This document shows positions 1 to 9,949 of a DNA stretch of 64,000 nucleotides, one piece after another. The DNA is from Bacillota bacterium (GTDB lineage: Bacteria > Patescibacteriota > Minisyncoccia > Phycocordibacterales > Phycocordibacteraceae), in the NCBI GenBank assembly GCA_050260455.1, contig JBLNCF010000012.1:58236-122235 (forward strand), written 5' to 3'. The position numbers and the translations under genes are program-made. The notes beneath the pieces were generated by a model that was given only the letters and a program-made list of their open reading frames with translations, had not been told where the DNA came from and searched no databases. Numbering within the stretch: the stretch's first letter is position 1; the number at the start of each line of letters is the position of its first letter.

Positions 1-693
1 GATGATGCCGAGGACTTTGCTGGGATGCTTCGACGTATGTACGAAGGATATGCAGATCGTAAAGGATGGAATGTGCGCGAACTGCATGCGAACGAGAACG
101 ACCATGGCGGGTATCGCAACCTCCTACTTGAGATAACCGGGAAGGGAGTATACGGCAGGTTGAAACACGAAGCTGGCGTACATCGCCTGGTCCGCATCTC
201 GCCATTTAATGCCAACGACAAACGCCAGACCAGCTTCGCGATGGTAGAGGTCCTCCCGATTGTAAAGAATGCTGACATCGAGATTAAAGACGATGAGCTT
301 GATATGCAGTTTGCAAAGTCTGGCGGGGCAGGTGGTCAAAACGTGAACAAGCGCGAGACGGCGGTGCGTATAACGCATGTGCCAACCGGAACCTCGGTGC
401 ATGTCTCTTCGGAGCGAAGCCAGCAAGCCAATCGAGAGAAGGCACTCGAACTCCTGAAGGCAAAACTGTATGCGAGGAAGCTCGAAGAAGAGGAAGCTGT
501 CGCCAAGGGTCGTTCGGTCGCGGCAACGACCGCCAACGAGTGGGGGAGTCAGATGCGTTCCTATGTCCTCCACCCCTATAAATTGGTGAAGGATCACGAA
601 ACAGGGCACGAATCGCGCGATACGGAAGGCGTGCTCGCCGGTGATCTGGACGGTTTTATTGATGCGGCACCGGCATCAGAGGAGGCGAATTAG
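1..693 (+). CDS. prfB: Peptide chain release factor 2 (5' truncated by the window edge)
   Basis: Frame open from base 1. Contains GVHRLVRISPF (RF2 SPF motif) and the GGQ motif. Confidence 0.93.
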   Translation, partial: DDAEDFAGMLRRMYEGYADRKGWNVRELHANENDHGGYRNLLLEITGKGVYGRLKHEAGVHRLVRISPFNANDKRQTSFAMVEVLPIVKNADIEIKDDELDMQFAKSGGAGGQNVNKRETAVRITHVPTGTSVHVSSERSQQANREKALELLKAKLYARKLEEEEAVAKGRSVAATTANEWGSQMRSYVLHPYKLVKDHETGHESRDTEGVLAGDLDGFIDAAPASEEAN

Positions 694-694
694 C

Positions 695-773
695 TTATCC
701 ACACACTCTGTACGCCACGGGGCGGTGTGAGCGCTTCATTTTCATAGACGCGAAAAACGGGGTGGGGTACAAT
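695..773 (+). promoter_or_regulatory. DnaA-box consensus plus sigma70-type promoter of ftsEX
   Basis: TTATCCACA at 695-703; TAGACG(745)-N17-TACAAT(768). Confidence 0.5.
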
Positions 774-784
774 ACCCCTCGTAC

Positions 785-1465
785 ATGATCTATTTCGACA
801 AGGTCACGAAGATGTATCGCGATGGGACACCTGCCCTTGAGGATGTGACCATCAACATCGCCCCCAAAGAATTCGTCTCCATCGTCGGTCACTCGGGCGC
901 CGGTAAAACGACCCTCCTCAAAATGCTTCTTGCCGAAGAGCGTCCCACCGAAGGATCGGTCTTCTTCGAATCGGTAGACGTACATGCGTTGCCGGCTTCC
1001 TCGCTCCACCACTACCGCCGCAAAATAGGGATGGTGTTCCAGGACTTCCGCCTCATTCCAAATAAGACGGCATACGAGAACGTTGCTTTTGCCATGGAGG
1101 CGGCTGGCCGTACCGAGGATGAAATCGGAAGCGATGTACCGCACTTCCTTGATCTTGTGGACCTCGGCAGCAAGGCGCACCATTTCCCAAGCCAGCTCTC
1201 GGGTGGTGAGCAGCAGCGTGTGGCTATCGCACGCGCCATTGTGAATGGTCCGGATGTCATTGTCGCTGACGAACCGACTGGCAACCTTGATCCGATTAAC
1301 ACGTACGAGATCATCGAGATCTTGAAGAAAATCAACGAGCTCGGTACGACCGTCATTATCACGACGCACAATAAGGGAGTGGTGGATGCGCTCGGCAAAC
1401 GCGTGGTCACGATGGACCGCGGTCGTGTCGTGCGTGATGATCAGCGTGGGCATTACGTCCTGTAA
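785..1465 (+). CDS. ftsE: Cell division ATP-binding protein FtsE
   Basis: Walker [18 protein letters not shown] and DEPTGNLD; [10 protein letters not shown]; adjacent to ftsX. Confidence 0.92.
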   Translation: MIYFDKVTKMYRDGTPALEDVTINIAPKEFVSIVGHSGAGKTTLLKMLLAEERPTEGSVFFESVDVHALPASSLHHYRRKIGMVFQDFRLIPNKTAYENVAFAMEAAGRTEDEIGSDVPHFLDLVDLGSKAHHFPSQLSGGEQQRVAIARAIVNGPDVIVADEPTGNLDPINTYEIIEILKKINELGTTVIITTHNKGVVDALGKRVVTMDRGRVVRDDQRGHYVL

Positions 1466-1471
1466 ATCTAT

Positions 1472-2392
1472 ATGGGTACTTTCCTGAAACGAATCATCTC
1501 AAGCGGTGCGACGAGTTTCGCGCGCAGTGGCGCGGTATCGTTCGCAACCGTGCTCATCATGACCGTGACCCTCACGATCATCGGTTCCCTTATCTTCCTA
1601 TCGGCTATCCTAAACAACACCCTCTCCGAGATTGTGAGCAAGGTGGACGTGAACGTCTATTTCACGACCGATACGGCTGAATCCGATATTCTCGCTGTGA
1701 AATCAAAGCTCGAGGCGCTTCCGCAGGTTGCACTGGTCACCTATACGTCGCGCGATCAGGCGCTCGACGATTTCAAGACCCGTCACGCGAACGACACGCT
1801 CACGCTCCAGGCGCTCCAGGAGCTAGGCACTAATCCGCTTGAGGCCTCTCTTGCGGTGAAGGCCCAGGACCCAGGTCAATACAGTGCGATTGTTGACTAC
1901 CTTACATCGCAAAATCTCACTCCGGGTGATGGTTCCATCGTCGATCGTATTAACTATTTCCAGAATAAGACGGTCATCGACCGCCTTACGGCCGCCATCC
2001 GCACTACCCAGCAGGTAGGTCTTGCCATCATTGTCCTCTTCGCTCTTGCTTCCACGGTCATTGCACTCGCCACTATCCGGCTCGCTATCTACACTGCACG
2101 TGATGAGATTGCCGTCATGCGACTCGTCGGTGCATCGAACATGTACATCCGGGGTCCGTTCATCGTGGCAGGCATTATTGCTGGTACCCTCGCGGCACTC
2201 ATCTCCCTCATCCTCTTCTATCCAGTCACCTGGTATGCGGGTGGGGCACTGGAATCTTGGCTTGGTGGATTTAATCTCTTCCAGTACTACATGAGCCACT
2301 TTGCCTTCGTGTTCTTTGTGCTCGTCGGCTCCGGTATCTTCCTCGGCGCGCTCGCTAGCTGGATCGGCGTGCGCCGATATCTAAGAATCTAG
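1472..2392 (+). CDS. ftsX: Cell division permease FtsX
   Basis: 4-TM layout; TIRLAIY..RDEI.VMRLVGAS..YIRGPF motif. Confidence 0.92.
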   Translation: MGTFLKRIISSGATSFARSGAVSFATVLIMTVTLTIIGSLIFLSAILNNTLSEIVSKVDVNVYFTTDTAESDILAVKSKLEALPQVALVTYTSRDQALDDFKTRHANDTLTLQALQELGTNPLEASLAVKAQDPGQYSAIVDYLTSQNLTPGDGSIVDRINYFQNKTVIDRLTAAIRTTQQVGLAIIVLFALASTVIALATIRLAIYTARDEIAVMRLVGASNMYIRGPFIVAGIIAGTLAALISLILFYPVTWYAGGALESWLGGFNLFQYYMSHFAFVFFVLVGSGIFLGALASWIGVRRYLRI

Positions 2393-2402
2393 TCTCGCAA
2401 TC

Positions 2403-4052
2403 ATGGCCATCGAAGGACATAAGTACATATTCGTGCTGGGCGGCGTCATGTCTGGCGTCGGTAAGGGTATCGCCACGTCCTCGATGGGTCTCATTCTCAA
2501 CCAACGCGGCTACAAGGTGAATCTCGTGAAGATCGATCCGTATCTCAACGTAGATGCGGGCACCATGAACCCGACCGAACACGGCGAAACCTTCGTGCTG
2601 AAGTCCGGTCTTGAGACCGACCAGGACATGGGTAACTACGAGCGCTTCCTCGGTCGCGACCTTGGTCCCGAGGACTACATGACCTCGGGTATGGTGTACA
2701 AGACCGTGATTGAGCGTGAACGTGCGCTTGAATACGGAGGCAAGTGCGTTGAGGCAGTGCCGCACGTACGCGATGAGATACTTCGCCGCATTGAGAAGGC
2801 TGCCTCCAATAACGGCAGTCGCATCTCTGTCATTGAGATTGGAGGAACCGTAGGCGACTTCCAAAACGCACTTTTCATTGATGCTGCGCGCGTTCTTAAG
2901 TTGAAGCATCCAGATGACGTCATCTTTGTGATGGTGTCGTACCTTCCCGTGCCGGGCACACTTGGCGAAATGAAGACGAAACCGACCCAGTCGGCAGTGC
3001 GTGAGCTCAATTCATACGGCGTGCAGCCTGACTTCATCATCGCGCGCAGTACCAGTGCCATGGATGCTCGTCGCAAGGAAAAGCTCGCCATCTCCTGCAA
3101 TGTTCGTCCCGACCGCATCATCTCGGCTCCCGATGTTGAGTCCATCTACGACGTACCGCTCAATCTTGAGAACGATCATATTGGTGACGCGCTCCTTGAG
3201 GCACTTAATCTTGAGACGAATGTGGAAGCTGACCTCGACGATTGGCGTGCGTTCGTGGAAAAGACTCGTGGGGATGGACGACCCAATCTGCGCATCGGCA
3301 TCGTTGGGAAATACTTTGATACTGGTGATTTCGTGCTTTCCGATGCGTATCTTTCGGTCATCGAAGCACTCAAGTTCTCTGCAGCTGCAGTGGGCGTTAA
3401 GGCAAAGATTGAGTGGCTGAACGCCAAGGATTTCGAGAAGAGTGCAGACATTGCTACGCTTGCCGAGTACGACGGCATCATTGTGCCAGGCGGGTTCGGT
3501 GAGACGGGTATCGAAGGCAAGATCAAAGCTGCACAGTTCTGCCGCGAGAACAAGATTCCGTACTTTGGTCTCTGCTACGGCATGCACATGTTGGTCATCG
3601 AGTACGCACGCAACATTGTGGGACTCGATGGTGCTCACACGGTTGAAATAAATCCTGACGCAAAGCACCCGGTCATTGATGTGATGCCGGATCAGAAGGC
3701 ACTTATTGCGGAAGGGAGGTACGGCGGTACCATGCGTCTCGGTACCTACCCGGCATACCTCAAGGAGGGAACGGTTGCTCGTGAAGCATACGGTGCCGAC
3801 GTGGTTGATGAACGTCATCGTCATCGCTACGAGGTGAACCCCGAATACGTCGAGCAACTCACCGACAAGGGCCTGGTTTTCTCGGGAACCAGCCCTGACG
3901 GTGTCCTCATGGAAATCGCCGAGCTTCCGAAGTCCGAGCATCCGTTCTATCTTGGCTGTCAGTTCCATCCGGAGCTCCAGGCGCGTCCGCTTACTCCGCA
4001 CCCGCTCTTCTCCGCCTTCATGAAGGCCGCCAAGGAGCGTTCGGAAGGATAA
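2403..4052 (+). CDS. pyrG: CTP synthase
   Basis: GGVMSGVGKG, KIDPYLNVDAGTMNP, GLCYGM, RHRHRYE and QFHPE. Confidence 0.97.
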   Translation: MAIEGHKYIFVLGGVMSGVGKGIATSSMGLILNQRGYKVNLVKIDPYLNVDAGTMNPTEHGETFVLKSGLETDQDMGNYERFLGRDLGPEDYMTSGMVYKTVIERERALEYGGKCVEAVPHVRDEILRRIEKAASNNGSRISVIEIGGTVGDFQNALFIDAARVLKLKHPDDVIFVMVSYLPVPGTLGEMKTKPTQSAVRELNSYGVQPDFIIARSTSAMDARRKEKLAISCNVRPDRIISAPDVESIYDVPLNLENDHIGDALLEALNLETNVEADLDDWRAFVEKTRGDGRPNLRIGIVGKYFDTGDFVLSDAYLSVIEALKFSAAAVGVKAKIEWLNAKDFEKSADIATLAEYDGIIVPGGFGETGIEGKIKAAQFCRENKIPYFGLCYGMHMLVIEYARNIVGLDGAHTVEINPDAKHPVIDVMPDQKALIAEGRYGGTMRLGTYPAYLKEGTVAREAYGADVVDERHRHRYEVNPEYVEQLTDKGLVFSGTSPDGVLMEIAELPKSEHPFYLGCQFHPELQARPLTPHPLFSAFMKAAKERSEG

Positions 4053-4152
4053 ATTTCGCTCTCCACACGAGACCTGTGACGCTTCGTAAGAGCGCTATAC
4101 TTAATACGTCCTCTTACCAGGTACAGGTCCTTCCTTATCCTTCACACGCCCC

Positions 4153-4407
4153 ATGTCACACACTACGAAGATCGTGCTCGCGGTCGCCGTTGTAGCCGTC
4201 GTGCTCGCCGCGGCTTTCTTTTACTGGCAGCAGCACCAGACCGCCAATCAGCAGAACGATAGTGAGGTCACTACGCTTCCGAGCGGTTCCAGTACGACAG
4301 ATTCTTCTCTTGAAGATGACTTGGCAGCCATCGATAGTCAGCTTCAAGCATCGGCAAGTGATACTGCCGATGCAACCGGAAGCATCGATGCTGCAGCAGC
4401 TCAATAA
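4153..4407 (+). CDS. Small membrane-anchored hypothetical protein
   Basis: N-terminal TM helix followed by an acidic Ser/Thr-rich tail. Confidence 0.65.
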   Translation: MSHTTKIVLAVAVVAVVLAAAFFYWQQHQTANQQNDSEVTTLPSGSSTTDSSLEDDLAAIDSQLQASASDTADATGSIDAAAAQ

Positions 4408-4426
4408 CGTTTAGGCTCTCTCAATT

Positions 4427-5362
4427 ATGAAAAAGACTCACCTTATTACTTCATCGCTCGGTATTGCTCTGTTGCTCGCGTCGGCTGCACCGGCACTTGC
4501 GGACGAGGGTTCCGATGATTCTGTAACTGCCTCCAGCTCCTTGCGCGTAGAGATGCATGACAAGCAGGATGGCAAGCGTCCGCTATTTATGCTCGGCATG
4601 CCGAAGCTGAAGTTCATGGCTTCAACGTCCGCCCACATGGAACGGAAGGGGCAGGACGACGAAGATGCAACAAGCACGGACGATCGTATCGAGAACAAGG
4701 GCCAGCAGATGCATATCGAGAAAATGGACGAGCATGCATCTGTTTCCATCGACAATCGCATTGAGGCGCTCCAGAAGCTCTCGGCACGTCTTGCTTCCAT
4801 CAAGCTCCTCCCTGCAGATGTGCTCGCGAAACTCCAAGCATCCATCACGTCCGAGATCGATGCGCTTACTGCCCTGAAGACGAGCATCGGCACCACGACC
4901 GCAACTACCACCCTCAAGGCTGATCTTAAGGCCCTAGAGAAGGTGACCAAGGAACACCTGTTCGCCGAGCCGAAGGCACGTATTGCCGCAGCAGCGTCTC
5001 GTATCAATGCAGTCGTAACGCAGCTCACCGCGCTAGCAGGGAAGCTTGAGACTCGCATCAGCGATGCGCAGAAGGCCGGCATTGATGTGACTGCAGCGAC
5101 CTCTGCGCTCACTGACCTTAAGGCTAAGATTGCGGACGCAAAGATCCAGGCGGATGCCGCAGTTTCACTTACTGCCGATCTCACGGTGAGTACGTCGACC
5201 CAGGCGACCAATAAGGCCACTATGAAAACTGCCGGCCAAAAGCTAGTGGTTGCCCAGAAGGACCTTGCTGCCGCACGCCATGATGCTGCAACCATCATTG
5301 GAATCGTGAAGAAGGGTAACGGGGAAGACCACGCAACGACTACGGCTACCACCACACCGTAA
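4427..5362 (+). CDS. Secreted alpha-helical/coiled-coil hypothetical protein
   Basis: Signal peptide (..APALA); Ala/Lys/Thr-rich helical body. Confidence 0.75.
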   Translation: MKKTHLITSSLGIALLLASAAPALADEGSDDSVTASSSLRVEMHDKQDGKRPLFMLGMPKLKFMASTSAHMERKGQDDEDATSTDDRIENKGQQMHIEKMDEHASVSIDNRIEALQKLSARLASIKLLPADVLAKLQASITSEIDALTALKTSIGTTTATTTLKADLKALEKVTKEHLFAEPKARIAAAASRINAVVTQLTALAGKLETRISDAQKAGIDVTAATSALTDLKAKIADAKIQADAAVSLTADLTVSTSTQATNKATMKTAGQKLVVAQKDLAAARHDAATIIGIVKKGNGEDHATTTATTTP

Positions 5363-5385
5363 ACTCCAACTCCACCCTAGTTATC

Positions 5386-5418
5386 AGAACCGCCGCCCAT
5401 ATGGGCGGCGGTTCTTTT
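5386..5418 (+). terminator. Intrinsic terminator
   Basis: Perfect palindrome AGAACCGCCGCCCAT/ATGGGCGGCGGTTCT followed by a T run. Confidence 0.8.
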
Positions 5419-5488
5419 GCTTGGTTGAAAAGAGATTTGATTTCCAGTATTGTCATAAAACCGTGGCCGCTTCGGCGGCCCACGGTAT

Positions 5489-5559
5489 TGCGGGATCGTC
5501 TAATGGTAGGACGCAACACTCTGGATGTTGTTATCTAGGTTCGAGTCCTAGTCCCGCAG
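5489..5559 (+). tRNA. tRNA-Gln(CTG), CCA not encoded
   Basis: Acceptor stem TGCGGGA/TCCCGCA; anticodon arm CAACA-CTCTGGA-TGTTG; T arm CTAGG-TTCGAGT-CCTAG. Confidence 0.95.
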
Positions 5560-5602
5560 CTCGTTAAGGCACCATATTTCTTCCAAATGCTATTGTTATG
5601 CA

Positions 5603-6073
5603 ATGGAAAAGTTCGAGCATAAACGTCCCGTAGGAAACTCAGAGCGGTTCGGAAGTGAACACAGACTTGAATTGATGATAGATGGCGAAAAGGTGGGGTA
5701 TGCAGCTTTCGAATACCATTCACGTCCATTTCCGCTTTATTACATTAATATCTTGGCCGTCGGTAAAGATGGAAACCAAAAGGATTGGGGCAAAGGCTAT
5801 GCTGGAAAGATTATGGCGTACCTTGAAGATATGCTTGATAAAAGCGGAAAGGCAGGGATTCTTATCGATGCTATAGATGAGAACTCTCCTGCCAAGGGAA
5901 TGTATGAACGACGAGGCTGGCATCCTGTTCCTGGTACTGCATACTTGGCGTACAACATTCCAAACTCAGCTTCAATCGAAAGATTAAAGGAGTATCAGCC
6001 ACGCACTGAAAACGATAGTCGAATGAACAGGTTGTGGCAGACGAGGGAGATTGGAGAATTACCTAACAATTAA
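5603..6073 (+). CDS. GNAT-family acetyltransferase
   Basis: Motif A LAV....QKDWGKGYAGKIM and motif B NSPAKGMYERRGW; AT-richer than the flanks. Confidence 0.7.
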   Translation: MEKFEHKRPVGNSERFGSEHRLELMIDGEKVGYAAFEYHSRPFPLYYINILAVGKDGNQKDWGKGYAGKIMAYLEDMLDKSGKAGILIDAIDENSPAKGMYERRGWHPVPGTAYLAYNIPNSASIERLKEYQPRTENDSRMNRLWQTREIGELPNN

Positions 6074-6147
6074 TGTTCGAATAACGTCTCAGACGGCCAG
6101 CTAACTTGAGATAGGTTCGGACTCCCAGGAGCCTTAGTATTACAAAT

Positions 6148-6654
6148 ATGGCAAGATCCAATAAACAAGAACTCGCGACTAGTTTTTTCGTCGATGGCAG
6201 AGAGTGTATAAAAAGTGCTGATATTCTCTTTCACGACAGAGATCGTGGTGCGCGTTCCCAGTATGGAATTCTCCTGATACACGGTATTGAGCTACTACTT
6301 AAGTCATACTTACTCTTAAAAAATGCATCGTTGCCGGATGATGCGAAAAAGATAGATGCGTACTTGATAGGACTCGGCCACAAATATAAGCATATCTACG
6401 ATGAGTGCAAAAAGTATGGAAACGAGTTAAGTGCACCCTTATCACCAGAGCTGCCTATTTCCATTTTAGAAGTCTACTTAGACTCTCTGAAAAATACTTA
6501 TTATGAAGATAGTGTTGGTGTTCGTTATGTAGATGAGTCGGGTTTGGTCCTTATTGACGGAATGATTTTCGCGGCAATTACTGGACATTTGATACGCCCC
6601 ATACACTCCATTCTTTTCCCCCACACTCCCTTTTCGGGAGATTACGGATACTAA
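6148..6654 (+). CDS. HEPN-like domain protein
   Basis: HGIELLLKSYL, GH..KHIY and a distal RY, as in HEPN-fold proteins; AT-rich. Confidence 0.55.
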   Translation: MARSNKQELATSFFVDGRECIKSADILFHDRDRGARSQYGILLIHGIELLLKSYLLLKNASLPDDAKKIDAYLIGLGHKYKHIYDECKKYGNELSAPLSPELPISILEVYLDSLKNTYYEDSVGVRYVDESGLVLIDGMIFAAITGHLIRPIHSILFPHTPFSGDYGY

Positions 6655-6769
6655 TTCCGAGGAGCGTCGATTTGAGAAAGAAATATCCGCTAGAAAAGAC
6701 TTGTGGAGCTTGGCGGCAGGACTTACGAGACCGAGGAGGCCAGCAGCTTACAAAGTCTGAAAAATGAAA

Positions 6770-6803
6770 AGCCGTCCTCCAACGACCTTTCGTTGGAGGA
6801 CGG
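6770..6803. terminator. Hairpin terminator below the 2OG-oxygenase gene
   Basis: CCGTCCTCCAACGA-cctt-TCGTTGGAGGACGG preceded by an A run (T run on the minus strand). Confidence 0.7.
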
Positions 6804-6804
6804 A

Positions 6805-7266
6805 CTAGAAGGGAACTGGCCGTATGCGTTGGAAGGAGTAGCGGATGCCCAGGTTGAGAAGTAAACGTTCGCCTTCTTCGACAACAGTAACTGCATGCCG
6901 GTACTTGCAAGGTTCGAAGATCTTGAAGTGCCGCCGGTTGACGATGAAATGCGGAACGACAAGCTCTCCGCCACTCACGGCATTCTTTAAGATGAACTGA
7001 ACACGGAATTGCCGTTCGCCTTTCTCGATGTAATCAATGTGCTCCGCCAAGTAGTCACCAACTCCATACTTGCTCACATGGAGCTGGAGCTGTAGAAGTA
7101 TGGGCCAGCGGAGATTGATAACATACTCTTGGTACCGCAAGCTCCCGCCGTCGTACTCGACTCGCTGCCATTTAGGCCTGACGATTATGCTCAATACGGG
7201 ATCTTTCCATAAGAGCCCGCCGTCAGGGGTGTGCCTCGGTATGAGGCGCCATAAGTCTTTTCTCAT
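6805..7266 (-). CDS. 2OG-Fe(II) oxygenase superfamily protein (SD-led cassette)
   Basis: HxD (HID), GGEL, distal H (RHAV) and R; SD GGAGG upstream. Confidence 0.65.
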   Translation of the reverse strand: MRKDLWRLIPRHTPDGGLLWKDPVLSIIVRPKWQRVEYDGGSLRYQEYVINLRWPILLQLQLHVSKYGVGDYLAEHIDYIEKGERQFRVQFILKNAVSGGELVVPHFIVNRRHFKIFEPCKYRHAVTVVEEGERLLLNLGIRYSFQRIRPVPF

Positions 7267-7415
7267 AAGACGCCTCCGGTGATTGCCTGGACAGAACCTA
7301 TCACATGTTGCAGAAAGTCTCCAGTGGTCGCACTCTAAAGCACTCCAAGAATACTCCCGGGGTTCTTCATTCAGATACTGCTATAGTTACTTCATTATTC
7401 GTGTTGCCTCGTATT

Positions 7416-7760
7416 ATGAACAAATACGTAGCTATCTTCTGTATTCCGGCCGCAGCCATGCAAGACTGGATGACTAATGTGGACGAAACTACTCGCAAAG
7501 AACAGTCCCAGCAGGTCATGGAGCAGTGGAATGCCTGGCGCGAAACCAATAAGGATGCAATCGTCGAAGAGGGAATGCCTCTCGGCAAGACCAAGCGTGT
7601 CAGCAAGGATGCTATCGAAGATGTAAAGAACGATATGAACTGGTTCATGATCGTGCAGGCGGAGTCGCATGAGGCAGCGGCTACGCTTGTTCAGTCAAAC
7701 CCGCACCTCCAGCTTATCCCGAGTGCATACGTGGAGGTCATGGATACGGGCGGGATGTAG
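7416..7760 (+). CDS. YciI-like / DGPF-type dimeric alpha-beta barrel protein
   Basis: W.AW...GMPLGKTKRV...FMIVQAES.E.A...NPH...VEV pattern; ATG 7416 is preferred over 7305. Confidence 0.65.
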   Translation: MNKYVAIFCIPAAAMQDWMTNVDETTRKEQSQQVMEQWNAWRETNKDAIVEEGMPLGKTKRVSKDAIEDVKNDMNWFMIVQAESHEAAATLVQSNPHLQLIPSAYVEVMDTGGM

Positions 7761-7895
7761 CTCCTTGCTTGAGAATTATTATGGGGATGGGCGAACCTCG
7801 GCTGGTGCTCACTCGCACGAGGGTGCCATAGATTCTCCCTGGTTCTCGTGGTATAACCCGTCCGGCAATCTCGCCTCGACACCAGGGAGGGTGGA

Positions 7896-8738
7896 ATGAC
7901 CACCACGGAAATATTTCGCTGTCCCTTCGAGGTGAAGGGAGAACAAGATAGTCGTATCCGCCGGGTCGTACTCGGCGAGAACCGCGAAGAGCGCTTCGAG
8001 CTAATAACTGGAGCGTTCAAAGAATTTCAGCAGGATCTAGAGCGTGTCGCGATCAGATTCTGTCTGGATGCTGCTCTCTGGAGCGGCTGCAAGACCATCC
8101 GTGCTCTGCGTTCTTCTCTTGTACCTTACCAAGCAGAGCTGCTTGCTACGGAGATGAGTCTCCGTCTCTCTCCTTTCCTTCCACATCAATTCTGTGAGCT
8201 TGATGAGGAGGAGCGGCACCTGGCGTATAAGAATAATCCTCATGGCCTCGACGCCGCGTACGCACTCTTCGAAACGATTTCGGGGTGTGGTGGTGATGCG
8301 GGATCGGTGAGCGGCATTGCGGACTGGATGCAGCAGCAGCTTACAGCAGGGTTCATTGCCGCCAAGAAAACGCCCCGGCTCGACATCCATGATCCACGCA
8401 TACCATTTGTAACTGCGGAAACACGCTTGCTAAGCATTCATCCACACTCGTTCGTGCTACATCGTGAGCGAGAGGGTGGACTCGAGGATCCGCAGAAGAA
8501 TCGGAATACGTTCTCCGTCGTTAAGACACCTTTCTACCCTCACTCGTTCGGAAGGTATAGCGAAACGGTCGAGATCGTCGTCACGCGTGAGGCGGACTTC
8601 ACCGCGATCTCAAGCGAAACCCGTGAACGTATCCGAGTGGCGTCCACACAAATACTCAAACGTGGAGGAGTAAAGGTTCACCAAGACCTACGCGAGCACC
8701 GCAACGAGCTCGGGCTCTGGATCCCCAAACTACGCTAG
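7896..8738 (+). CDS. Hypothetical protein (SD-led cassette)
   Basis: 280-aa ORF; TATAAC -10; SD GGGAGG; hairpin plus T run at about 8756-8780. Confidence 0.6.
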   Translation: MTTTEIFRCPFEVKGEQDSRIRRVVLGENREERFELITGAFKEFQQDLERVAIRFCLDAALWSGCKTIRALRSSLVPYQAELLATEMSLRLSPFLPHQFCELDEEERHLAYKNNPHGLDAAYALFETISGCGGDAGSVSGIADWMQQQLTAGFIAAKKTPRLDIHDPRIPFVTAETRLLSIHPHSFVLHREREGGLEDPQKNRNTFSVVKTPFYPHSFGRYSETVEIVVTREADFTAISSETRERIRVASTQILKRGGVKVHQDLREHRNELGLWIPKLR

Positions 8739-8818
8739 CTCTGTGGGCAGCGTCCGGCCGGCGAGAGATCGCCGGCTTTTCATATCTTATTTACCCGATT
8801 CCTCGTATGCTCCGTGCT

Positions 8819-9004
8819 ATGCCTGCAAAATCGAAGAAGCAACAGATGGCCGCGGGAGCAGCTCTCTCCGCTAAACGGGGAGAGAAGAGCAAAGCCTCAC
8901 TCAAGGGTGCATCGAGGAGTATGTACGAATCTATGAGCGAGAAGGAACTCGACAAGATGGCGAGCGTCAAACGCAAGAAACTTCCGGCAAAGAAACGCTC
9001 CTAA
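8819..9004 (+). CDS. DUF3008-family small basic protein
   Basis: MPAKSKKQQMAAGAALSAKRGE...LKGASRSMYESMSEKEL signature. Confidence 0.8.
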   Translation: MPAKSKKQQMAAGAALSAKRGEKSKASLKGASRSMYESMSEKELDKMASVKRKKLPAKKRS

Positions 9005-9046
9005 GTTCATCGTTTCCTTAAGAAAAGAGGGGGTACAATAGCGGGT

Positions 9047-9934
9047 ATGACACGATTTGGCATGCTCGTAGTGTTAGGAGCGATTGTTCTCGTTGGTCTG
9101 ATTGGGTGGTATGCGTTTGGACGTACTGGAACACAGGTGGCTCCTGCTGAACAAGCAACCACCACACCAACTACTTCCGTTACACCACCACAACCCGCAT
9201 CCAAGGACGATCTGATCGTGGTTGACGCACCGTTACCGAATGCGGTGGTCGGAAGCCCTCTTACAGTGACGGGAAAGGCACGTGGCTCATGGTATTTCGA
9301 GGCACAGTTTCCCGTGAAGCTCTATGACGCAACGGGAAAGCTGATCGCAAGCGCCCCTGCGCATGCATCCGGGGACTGGATGACGACTGAATATGTGCCA
9401 TTCTCGGTAACACTTACGTTCGCCTCCTCAAACACATCCACGGGGAAGCTTGTGCTTGAGAAAGATAACCCTTCTGGACTTCCTCAAAACGCAAACTCGC
9501 TTGAGATTCCGGTGAGTTTCTTATCGAGTCAATCTGGACAGACAACGGTGAAGCTCTATTACTACAACCCCTTGCTTGATCAAGGACCGGGTGGAGCACA
9601 ATGCAGCTCGAAAGGCTTAGTCGCAGTCGAGCGCAATATCCCGAAAACTTCTACGCCGCTTACTGACGCAATACAATTGCTACTCAAGGGTGAATTGACT
9701 GATGCCGAACGAGCTCAAGGTCTTACGACAGAATTTCCATTGCCAGACGTTTCACTCACCAATGCATCGATAACAAGTGGGGTGGCGACGCTCACCTTTG
9801 CTGATCCACAGCACAAGCTTTCTGGTGGTTCGTGCCGGACCTCCATCCTGTGGAAGGAGATAGAAGCTACCGCAAAGCAATTCCCGACCGTTTCTTCTGT
9901 CCGCTACCATCCTGCGACCTTGTTCCAACCCTAG
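9047..9934 (+). CDS. Membrane-anchored Gmad2 Ig-like plus GerMN domain protein
   Basis: SPLTVTGKARGSWYFEA.FPV (Gmad2); GGSCR...IEATAKQFPTV (GerMN). Confidence 0.8.
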   Translation: MTRFGMLVVLGAIVLVGLIGWYAFGRTGTQVAPAEQATTTPTTSVTPPQPASKDDLIVVDAPLPNAVVGSPLTVTGKARGSWYFEAQFPVKLYDATGKLIASAPAHASGDWMTTEYVPFSVTLTFASSNTSTGKLVLEKDNPSGLPQNANSLEIPVSFLSSQSGQTTVKLYYYNPLLDQGPGGAQCSSKGLVAVERNIPKTSTPLTDAIQLLLKGELTDAERAQGLTTEFPLPDVSLTNASITSGVATLTFADPQHKLSGGSCRTSILWKEIEATAKQFPTVSSVRYHPATLFQP

Positions 9935-9949
9935 TGGTATTCTGAATCC

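Noticed and set aside
6110-6135. TAGGTTCGGACTCCCAGG as an attR copy of the tRNA-Gln 3' end
   Set aside because: Only about 8 nt are identical and no integrase is present.
7780-7830. GGGGATGGGCGAACCTC...GCTGGTGCTC as a fluoride riboswitch
   Set aside because: Only a partial resemblance. The GCTGATG/pseudoknot core is imperfect and no fluoride-related gene follows.
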